A stretch of 63,875 bases of DNA, counting the filler, from Octopus bimaculoides (taxonomy: Eukaryota): assembly GCF_001194135.2 (NCBI RefSeq). It is 6 parts of 5 records of this genome, joined end to end, with 100 filler letters (N's around TTAATTAATTAA, not from the genome) between each part and the next. Parts side by side here need not be neighbours in the genome. Positions count along the whole stretch, not along the records: positions 39,434 to 56,034 come from NC_068982.1; positions 56,135 to 62,580 come from NC_068990.1; positions 62,681 to 63,875 come from NW_026373172.1; 3 more parts are not named here. One strand, 5' to 3'. A program made the position numbers and the translations under genes. The notes beneath the pieces were generated by a model. That model was given only the letters and a program-made list of their open reading frames with translations, was not told the origin of the DNA and did no database searches. Below are positions 53,525 through 63,875 of the stretch, piece after piece. Each line of letters opens with the position of its first letter. Position 1 is the first letter of the stretch.

Positions 53525-53790
53525 TTCGAACATTAGGCCTCACCGAAGCAATGACTTCTGACCGAGACCTTTGGAAATATGCTGTGCATGAGAAGACCCG
53601 GCAAGCCAAGTGAGATCATAATCCAAGGCCTCTGCCAGGGGTGCAAGCCAGCCCACTTATGCATACCTTTCCTTCATTGGACACTTAACTCCGCTTGCAA
53701 AGACCTGTTGGGGCAAGTGAAAGCGAAATCGTGATGGCACCTGTGCCAGTGGAGCACTAAGAGCACTGGCCAAGCTGAAGGGGATACAAA
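53525..53790 (+). mobile_element. RTE LINE ORF end and 3' UTR
   Basis: RTLGLTEAMTSDRDLWKYAVHEKTRQAK* followed by a UTR-like sequence. Confidence 0.7.
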
Positions 53791-55337
53791 CAATCATCAC
53801 AGTTAGGAGGTTGGGGCTTTTTACTAATCAGGTGAGAAAACTGAGAAAGATTTCCAGTGTAGGTGGCATAAATACTGTAATATGCTTTATATATGGTACC
53901 ATATGAATGAACAAGTTTGTGATAAGAAAATATTTCTAAATTTCCACTATAATAGTTTTGATATTATAAATTTAGGATAGAACATGCAAATCTAAATAAG
54001 AACCTAAGTAAGTTTAAAGCAAGATTAGAAATATTTTCTTGTATACAATTACTTTCAACTCTATCAATAAAGAAATATAAAATATGATGGGCATAAAACA
54101 TGTGAGCTTAGAGGAAAATGTACTGAAAATAGGAGAGCTATAATAAAGCTGTTGTAGGAAGTTGGTTTTAACAGAATTTGAGTATGTCAGTTGATGGTTA
54201 GTTTTATGTATCCTTCTGTCAAAGGATACATAAAACATATGAGCTACTGAAAAATATCATTATCTTTCTTGCTATCTATTTCTGAGACTCTTCAAATTGA
54301 TAGACAGGAGGCCACTTTTTCTCTTGTGCCTTAATGGAAAATTTCTTCTGATCACAATAATAGAAAAATTATGAGCTGTGGAAAACTTTACAGAGGAAAT
54401 TTGCTGATCTAACATTTTTTTTATCAATAATGTGATTGGTTTTAATATTTTTAACCATTTTTTCCTGGGGTAGGGGAACAGGCAAAGAGTTATGCTAGTT
54501 TTGTCAGTTTAGCTAAACTTTAGTTTATGGTAGTATTTGTTAATGATACTAAAGTGTCTTAAGCATCTCTCTGACATATGCTTTCTCTAATTACTATATA
54601 TATATATTACTATTTTTTCTACATGCTTCCATTTTGGAATTTATCTCTCATCTCTGTGACTGTCAGGCTGAAAGTTTAAATTAACATTAGCATTCTTAAT
54701 TTTATTTTTCTCGTTAATTTTCATTTACAATTTCAACATTATTCTTTATGACTTGACATTGCCAAATAGAATTGTTAGGTAGCAATTCTAACATCAAATG
54801 GTCTCAAACAAGAATGAATTAACAATGAAGTTCTACTTTATGATCATTCTCTGAGTTATTAGCACGTTTAAGTAATCCCAATAATAAGGCAAAATGTACC
54901 ACTGTTCAAATTGTCTTTTTATATAATGGTGTAGATTGTCAAGACAGTTGTTATTGCTTTCCCGTTATTACTTTTATATATCACCTCCCATAAACTGCTT
55001 GTCTTCTAATAGTTTATTGAAGCTGTAAAATTCTTTTGTATATGTGATCTAATTATGGAGGGAAGCCTCAGGATTCTTGGTAACTTCCATAGAAACTGCA
55101 ATAAGGAAATTGTCAGTGGTGGTGCCGGTGGCGGTGGTGGTGTGAATAATATGAGATAATCAGATAGATCAAGGAAATCCTGCAATGAGTTGAGGTTAAC
55201 AGGAAATGAGTAAAGGGCAGCTGGAGCAAGGCCAGCTTTCAGCTGAATCCATTGAACATAAAGAGCAACAGATGTAAAAACATAAAAGAAGATGATGATT
55301 TGTTTAGCAAAGTTTTTTCTACTGTAATTTGTTTTAT

Positions 55338-55377
<40 letters not shown>

Positions 55378-55988
55378 CCCACACCTTTTTATTCCATGCC
55401 ACACCAATTTAGTTACATATGTATATGTTTCTTTCTATTACTTTCACTCCATATGATTTTCTTTTCCTGCTGGACTACATCCAGAAGAGTAGCTTTCTTT
55501 TCTCATTTCAAATTAGAATCATGTTCTCACATCTCAGAGGCCATCTCAGAATTCACATTGTAAATCAAATATAGCCTATAAGCATTATAGCTCATTGCAT
55601 AGAGTCTAATGGTTCTTAATTAGGAAGCTCTTCCTTATTATACAGATGCTTTTGGAATCTAATGCTTTAGTCTGGGTAATAACCTCTTCTCTTTATATTG
55701 TTACCACTTAACACAAGTTTCTCTTATACAATTCGTTATTGCTGATTACTTGATTATTACAAGAGTAATTTTTAGTGGTATCATTCTGATAAGCCTTGGT
55801 GTAATTGAATTATTTCTCTGTTCATGTCACCAGTTTATAGTTGCTTTCATTAATCATTTCCTATTGTAAAATTCTTGACCAGTATTCTAAAGTTTGTAAT
55901 ATATATTTTCAAATAGATAAAAGCATTAATTCCAAGACATAAAATAGCCTGATTTATCATTGTAATAATTAAACATAGCTTAGGACTT

Positions 55989-56034
<46 letters not shown>

Positions 56035-56224
56035 NNNNNNNNNNNNNNNNNNNNNNNNNNNNNNNNNNNNNNNNNNNNTTAATTAATTAANNNNNNNNNN
56101 NNNNNNNNNNNNNNNNNNNNNNNNNNNNNNNNNNATATATATATTAGGGACAAAATATTATATATATATTATATATATATATATAATATATATATATATG
56201 TGGGGGGGGGGTTATGTATGTATA

Positions 56225-56470
56225 TTGATATGTATGCATGCATTTGTGTCTTTGTATCCGGATTTCTACACCGACACCGCTTGATAACCGGTGTAGGTGT
56301 CATTACGTCCCCGTACCCTAACTTATCAGTTCGGCAAAACAGAACAATTAAACAAGTACCAGACTTCAAAAACTAAGCACTGGGGTCGATTCATCGGACT
56401 AAAAATTCTTCAAATTGATGCCACAGCATGACCGCAGTCTAATGTCTAAAACAAAGGAACAAGTAAAGGA
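56225..56470 (+). mobile_element. Family B SINE 3' half
   Basis: Homologous to 7320-7520; CpGs retained. Confidence 0.75.
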
Positions 56471-56815
56471 TAAAATACTCTATTAAGTTAATGAAGTACA
56501 TATCTACGCTCTAATGAACTAGCAATAATAAACAGGTGAGTGATTATTTACATGTCGATTTATTTTCATTTCGAATATATGAAGAATACTTGGAAAGATC
56601 AGTTTCCTTTACAAATAGGAAGAATATTAAGAATATCAGGTATCTTCATTTATTCAACACAATTAATTTATTACAATCATATTCATTAAGTGGAAGACAT
56701 ATAAGGGATATTACTGCAGGTATACAGGTGTATATGACGGAGATTAACAAATTGAGAATAAAGTTATTTGCAAATGGCCTTATACATACATACATACACA
56801 CACACACATACACAC

Positions 56816-56862
<47 letters not shown>

Positions 56863-57399
56863 TGTATGTATACAAACATACATATATACAAATATATANN
56901 NNNNNNNNTGTATGTATACAAACATACATATATACAAATATATAACATATATATATTAATAAATATATATCTCTATATATATACATATATATATATATAT
57001 ATAAATATATATATATATATGTATATATATATGATGTTTAATTATATATTATATACAAATATATGTATATATGCATATTTCTGGAAAGGAGAAATAATGA
57101 TACGAAAGAGATAAAGTTACATGTAGCCCGAAGCAGGACAATAAAATTCAAATTCTAAGAAAGCGTCTGATGTCAGCTGTATTATTAATGTTTGCCAGCC
57201 GTAATTGCGGTCGCTAATTCCGGCAACTTATCTGCAAATCTGCCAAGTAATTTATATCGAGTTATTAAAAGTCATATAATTGTTCAAATTCTCACAACAG
57301 CTCTCCTCCACCTCCACCACCTGAACACAGACGGTAACACACTTATAAACATTATTCAACGTATACAAGCAGATTTTAATTAAGAATATNNNNNNNNNN

Positions 57400-57438
<39 letters not shown>

Positions 57439-58769
57439 ATGTATATGTACATATATATACATTTATATATACCATGTAAGATACAGGTACATACATATAT
57501 ATAGTATGTATAATTCAGATACACACATATTTCTAAATATACATACACATACATACATAAAACACAGACACACACATACACGCACACACAAGTGCGCGAA
57601 CACACACACATATGCTTGAATGTGTGTGTAGAAATATTAATTCACCGTATAGTGATAAATTACAGAACTCAATATGTAGAGGGAGAGTGTTCTTTGATAT
57701 ATCATAATTCATAATTCCAGAATTTCAGTCATTTAGTTTGCAATCCAGGACTGATTTCCCTTGAAAAATCTGTTATTAGTTAGAATATATTTTGAAATAA
57801 TTAATGTAAGTTATGAAGAAATGTTTATTATTATTTTTTTTTATCTTTTACTTCCTTCTGTCATTGGACTAAGGTTATGCAGGGCAATACCACAAGGTTT
57901 TGGGTATATGAACTTGATTCCAGTATATATTTTAAGATGTATATATTAGCAACAGAAATAGCGTTAATACTGAGAGGTATTAAACGCGGATGTTCTGTGA
58001 GGCAAACTATACTGTGATAGATTTTATGAGAGAAACTCTCACATTGACTTTTGATGCACAATGCACTCTCACAAAATGCACTAAATATCAGTGACGGATA
58101 GATGAGTCGCTGTTAACACTTGCAGTCGAGCGTCCAACATTGACAAGGCCAAGGCCGGTCGAAATTCCGAGACCTGGCGGTCTCGGAGCTGGAGGTGTGG
58201 GGGATTTATCTCTCCTCTAACGATATAAACAAGTGTGCATTTTAAACATGAGTGCATGAGCCAAAATGAATGAGAGTTTCTCTTATGGTACCTACCACAT
58301 TGTAGTTTGGTCTAACAGAGCGTCTATGTTCATGTGGGGATAAATTATATATTTTGAATCTGGTACTTATTCTATCGGAATATTTTGCCGAACACTAAGT
58401 TACGAGAACGTAAAGAAACCGACACCGATGTCAAACATTGCCAGAGTACAAACACGAAGACACCAATACACACACACTCACACTCACACGCACACACACA
58501 AAGGTGCACTGATACATGAACACACACATACACAGGCACACTCTGTCTGTCTGCCTCTCTTTCTCTCTGTCACTCTCACTCTTTCTCTCACATACCCAGA
58601 GACACGCACGCGCACACCCACTTACAGGTTGTTCGGGATAAATTTGATGATATTTTATGTCACCTTTTTCTTTCATGAAGAACTTGATCTATAAGGTGTT
58701 GGAGAGTATAAAGAATGAAGTTGTAATTGAGAAAATGTTAGCTGACATGGAGAACTCGAAGTGTATGAG

Positions 58770-58836
<67 letters not shown>

Positions 58837-58859
58837 ACACACACACTCTCATATATATA

Positions 58860-59108
58860 TACTGACTCGCTAAGTTACGGTGACGTAAACACACCAACAT
58901 CTGTTGTCAAGCGGTGGTGAGGAGTAATCGTAGATGTAAAGACACAAACACAAATATATGTATGTATATGTATGTAATCTACTCACAAGGTTTCATCGGT
59001 CCGAGGCTATAGTAGAAGACACTCGCCCAAGGTACCACGAAGTGGGATTGAACCCGGGAGCATGTGGCTGGGAAGCAAACTTCCTACCACACAGCCACGC
59101 CTGCGCCT
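58860..59108 (-). mobile_element. Family B SINE
   Basis: Head reverse complement ends accacacagccacgcctgcgcc. Confidence 0.85.
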
Positions 59109-59246
59109 ACCCACACAGCTACCCCTGCGCTCATCACAGCCAAGGTTGCGCCTATTCCATACAATATTCATGCATACGTGTGTGTGTATATACTTTTGTT
59201 ATTTACACCACCTGTCCTCGTCTGTTGTTATTTTTTGTATATTCTC

Positions 59247-59284
<38 letters not shown>

Positions 59285-60138
59285 TCTTGGACATATACAC
59301 ACTTATATGCATATACACACATTAATTAAAGATTTAGAAAACAACAATATTCATTTCACACCAGAGCGAAATTCAAGGATGCTGGTATTTACATAAAAGT
59401 TTAAAACTCCGAGCATACAAGGCGCTAACATGCCTTGACTCTAGGTTATGAATTTTTTACTCAAAGATCACTTGGTATTTTTTCTTTGGAGCTACGTTTC
59501 GTTTATAGTTGTGCCTTATTTAAAACCAAGACGGTCATTCTCAATCTCTGACCACTTTTAGCATGCAAGACCAGTATAAATTCCATCAAAACTGCTGCTC
59601 ATTTTTATAAAATCGATTTTTGAACGTTATTTTAGTTGCCCCAATATATACATTCAGTTCATTTCTGTCGCTTGTGGCTACATTAGCGATTTATATTATC
59701 GACTTTGTCAAACAGTTAGCAGATGGTGGTCAGTTCTCACAAATTCTGTAGAAGCATAATTATTGTTGGCTAGATGTTTGCTTCATTTTCTCATTCAGCT
59801 TTATAGCATTATGACATTTGATGTAGCTACTGAAACAATTAAACTAACAAATTACCCAGCTATGTTAGTTCTGACTACTAGATTAAAAATTGGGTTGTAC
59901 CACAAAATGTTTCCTTCACTATTCCTATTCCTACACTGGACTTCCCCAGTGATTTTCCCATATCTAATGTTATCAGAGAATCCGCATAAATGTATTAGTC
60001 GCCTTGTCGCCTTGCTTGGGAATAAATCCTTGATTTATTCGCAGTACAACATCGCTTGTCTCTTTGAAATTGAAATTGTTTATATCACTTTTTTTCAGTA
60101 CTTCTTGACACATACACGCGCTCGCATATATATATATA

Positions 60139-60362
60139 GTAAAGATTATTTGCCAACCAAATGTGGCAGTCCCGTTTGGGACGAATGCGGTCCACGGGTA
60201 CTGTTTTGTGCTGGGTGGGGGTGCTATACTCTACTGTTCGAAAATATAAGGACACAGAGCGTGTGTCATATTGCCAGCTGAAGACGATATCTCTTGGGGC
60301 TAAACATCAGTAGCATTCGTCCCAAACAGAACTGACACATTTAGTTGACAAATAATCTTTAC
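60139..60362. mobile_element. MITE-like element with 50-bp TIRs
   Basis: Arms 60139-60188 and 60313-60362 are reverse complements with about 5 mismatches. TTAA lies just right of the element. Confidence 0.8.
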
Positions 60363-61119
60363 CTTAAAGTACAGCTACTGAACATCTCTTGTTGAGAGAT
60401 TTAAGGACAATAATGTTTCTCTCTCTCTCTCTCCATATATATATATTTAACTGTTTACCTCCTAAAGAGATGGTACGCGAAATTTTAGTACTGAATCTCA
60501 TATAGTAATTAATAATTAGTTATTTATTCTTATTATTCACTTGTTATTTAATCATTGTGCATACGTCTATATACGTGTATGTATATGTCTGTGTGTTATG
60601 TGTATGTTCCCCGTATATGACCATGTGTTTATGTATATGTATGAATATGTGCATGGTTCTGGAATAAGTATACAAAGTCAGTACGGGAGATAATTCATAT
60701 AAATATTGTCAACAACTGATGTTTCGGAAGCTCAGATGCCATATTCATAGCTCATAAAACAGGTAAAACACAAACGAGAGTAAAAGACAAAATTATTTAT
60801 AATACGATGTCAGGTGTGATTATGGCTTTCATCTACAGTACACCTCTATCTCTCAGGAAGCTTTCTTCGCATAAAATGTCCAGAATTTTCTTTCAGAAAT
60901 TCTTCCAACGATGAAGGATACTTGGTCTGTGTGCACTTACGTATCTGTTATGATAATTCTTCCTTCTCTTTATATCTTTCGCAGAGACATTGCCAAAGTG
61001 TTAACTGATCCTTTTCCCCTCTTCAACGTTGTTTTGTGTAAAGAGAGGCGTCTTTCTTTCTCTCCTCTTTCTCTTTCTCGTTCTCAACGTTCCATCATAT
61101 GCTGTTGCTATCTTTTGTC

Positions 61120-61298
61120 GTTTTCTTGTTTCAATCATTGGACTTCGGCCATACTGGGGCACAGCTTTGAAAAACTTCGTCTAAGAAACCGATTCCAACT
61201 ATTATTTTAAAGTCTGGTACTAATGCTGGCAATCGTAACAAGACAACACCGGTTGGCAAGTCGTGGCAGGCAAATACTCAAAAAGACAAACGCACACA

Positions 61299-61337
<39 letters not shown>

Positions 61338-61447
61338 NNNNNNNNNNTATAGTAGAAGACACTTGCCCAAGGAGCTACGCAGTGGGACTGAACCCAGAAC
61401 CATGTGGTTGGTAAGTAAGCTGCTTAACACACAGCCACTCTTGCGCC
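61120..61447 (-). mobile_element. Family B SINE (gapped)
   Basis: Head at 61350-61447 and degenerate tail at 61120-61300. Confidence 0.75.
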
Positions 61448-61825
61448 TATATACATATAAATGTATGAAAGAGATGCTGAATTATGTTGGTTATTGTTAT
61501 ATATGGTGTAGAAAACTTGTTGAATAAAAAATTTTGGATGTGCATAAATCGCCACTCTCCTCCACACACGCTTACATACACACGTACGTACGTACGTACG
61601 TATCTGCGTGCGTACGTACGTACATTCGTACATACATACATGCATACATACGTACATACATACATGCATACATACATCTGATAAGTTTCTTTCAGTTTCC
61701 GTTTACCAAATCTAGTTGCACTCAAGACTTTAGTCTGTCGTAAGTTATAAAAGTAAACATTTAATCAAGTGGCCATATTGTGAGACTGAACCCGAAATCA
61801 TGTGGATGGGAATCTAGCTTCTTAT

Positions 61826-62053
61826 TTCTTTATTGCCCACAAGGGGCTAAACACAGAGGGAACAAACAAGGACAGACAAATGGATTAAGTCGATTACATC
61901 GACTCCAGTGCGTAACTGGTACTTATTTAACGACCCCGAAAGGATGAAAGGCAAAGTCGACCTCGGCGGAATTTGAACTCAGAACGTAACAGCAAACAAA
62001 ATACCGCTAAGCATTTCGCCCGGCATGCTAACGTTTCTGCCAGCTCACCGCCT
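61826..62053 (-). mobile_element. Family C SINE nested in a family B SINE head, 13-bp TSD tctagcttcttat
   Basis: TSD at 61813-61825 and 62054-62066. The interrupted B head resumes on both sides. Confidence 0.9.
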
Positions 62054-62518
62054 TCTAGCTTCTTATCACACAATCACGCCCACGTCTAAAAACCTCACAT
62101 GATATTTTCGTATATAGCCCAATCACCGGTTCACTGAATTTCAACGTAAACGAAACAATTATAAGAACTGTTAAACATTCAAGACAACAAAATAAGGCAA
62201 TAAGAATAAAATATACAATTTATATGAATATCAATAGTCAACAGCTGATATTTCGATATCACAAATGCCATATTAATAGCTCATAAAAAAATGAACCACG
62301 AATAAGAGAAAGGAAGAAATTAATTATAACAGAATATCAGGTGAAATACGACCGTCTAGCCATGCCATCGTATTATTCTAAACGATGTTTATTGTAAGTA
62401 TATTTTCTTTTAAATGCTTAGCAATATTGTATTTGTTCTGAATATATAAGTCAGTTATAAATGTATATACGTGTATCTCTTTGTTTATCTATCTATCTAT
62501 TTATCTATCCATCCATCC

Positions 62519-62574
<56 letters not shown>

Positions 62575-62779
62575 GTCTACNNNNNNNNNNNNNNNNNNNN
62601 NNNNNNNNNNNNNNNNNNNNNNNNTTAATTAATTAANNNNNNNNNNNNNNNNNNNNNNNNNNNNNNNNNNNNNNNNNNNNCTGCTAGGCAGCAGACAGAA
62701 GGGAAAAAGAAAAAAAGCAAACATAAACACACACTCTCTCTCTCTTTCCCCCTCCCTTAAAAACACGTCAGTTATCTCT

Positions 62780-62960
62780 CGCCTTCTCTCTCTCTATTTC
62801 TATCTCTCTCTATTTCTATCTCTCTCTATTTCTATCTCTCTCTATTTCTATCTCTCTCTATTTCTATCTCTCTCTCTCTGACTATCTCTCTCTTTCTATT
62901 TCTATCTCTCTCTCTCTGACTATCTCTTTCGTTCTATTTCTTTCTCTCTCTCTCTCTGAC
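62780..62960. repeat. Pyrimidine-rich minisatellite (ctctctctatttctat-like units)
   Basis: Direct observation. Confidence 0.9.
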
Positions 62961-63341
62961 TGCATATAGCCATATATACATATATGTACACACCTACATC
63001 TATATGTATACATACATGCGTATATGGGTACAGACCATCACGAAAAAAATGTTAAACTATATATGTATATGTACACACACACACATATATACATACATAC
63101 ATTCCCTTCTTTCCCTCTTCCCTTACGGAAAATGCCGAATTGATGTAAACAAAAGCACGTGCTCGCTTGACATTTACAGTACTAGTATCAAAAGAATGCT
63201 CAATAATAAATTTTAAGTCGTAATTCTCTACGACGAAATTACTTTATTTCTAAATGTTCTATAAATTAATGTAGAAATTTAATTCCTTTTACTTCTCGTT
63301 TCTTTCAACTTGTTGAATTTAATTCTGTATATTAATGAAAC

Positions 63342-63606
63342 GGTAATCTTCAAGTTTAGGGGATAAAAAAATTAAATAAAAATATTCAAGGGAAGTAACT
63401 GAACGTCTTACCAGTATTCTCCGTACATCTCTGTTTATAAATAAATCACACACGTGATTTGATTCACGTTAGGGTTAGGGTTAGGGTTAGGGTGTGATTT
63501 ATTTATAAACAGCTAGAAGAAAACGGATAATACTGGTAAGTCGTTCAGTTATTTCCCTTGAATGTTTTTATTTATTTTTTTTATCCTCCTAAACTTGAAG
63601 ATTACC
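63342..63606. mobile_element. MULE/Foldback-like MITE with about 110-bp TIRs, 9-bp TSD and a central (TTAGGG)4
   Basis: Arms 63342-63451 and 63492-63606 are reverse complements (roughly 85-90% by eye). Perfect TSD taatgaaac at 63333-63341 and 63607-63615. Confidence 0.92.
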
Positions 63607-63875
63607 TAATGAAACTGTATTTTTTAATGTGTAACGGTCAAAAGAATACGAATCTATATCTTCAACATACATGTACGTAATTGAACGCACGTTCAGCACC
63701 TTGTCATGTATACATCATAACATTTACGCAGCCTAAAATAAGAGTTATGCTTAGTGATAAATACTTAAAATTTATTATAAGTAACGAGATTATCATTATA
63801 GTTATTAATTAAGAAACAGTAATATTTGTGGCACTGTCATGGTATTAGCTGTCAGAATTGAAAGTAGAACTGACA

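Noticed and set aside
60712-60755. Possible antisense hammerhead around gatgtttcgg
   Set aside because: Core and stem II are too degraded to support.
63469-63492. True telomere or chromosome end
   Set aside because: Only four repeats, internal to a TIR element, with ordinary sequence beyond.

Overview
Eukaryotic genomic DNA from a gapped draft assembly. It is very rich in microsatellites (TA, CA, TACA, GA, AAT, TAG, GAA, GATA) and carries several tRNA-derived SINE families. The repeat landscape looks like a coleoid cephalopod, probably Octopus; this is an inference from repeat style, not a database result. No intact protein-coding gene can be recognised, and the long ORFs in the track are artefacts of N-gaps and microsatellites. 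Supported content: about 25 SINE copies in four families; decayed LINE fragments (RTE, R4/Dong with RLE endonuclease); a Penelope-like element with a GIY-YIG endonuclease; an internally deleted Tc1/mariner (DD37D/maT-like) transposon; a Gypsy integrase tail; hAT and MULE-like MITEs; and a 5S rRNA pseudogene. A CpG-depleted block at about 44.3-56 kb suggests a methylated gene body. Two candidate promoters or first exons lie at about 28.2-28.6 kb and 40.5-41.0 kb. The most notable observations are (1) a fold-back MITE with a perfect 9-bp TSD whose loop holds exactly four TTAGGG repeats, a minimal telomeric G-quadruplex (63342-63606), and (2) a nearly complete minimal type I hammerhead ribozyme fold at 39485-39522, plus two decayed relatives. 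I found no clearly new biological system.
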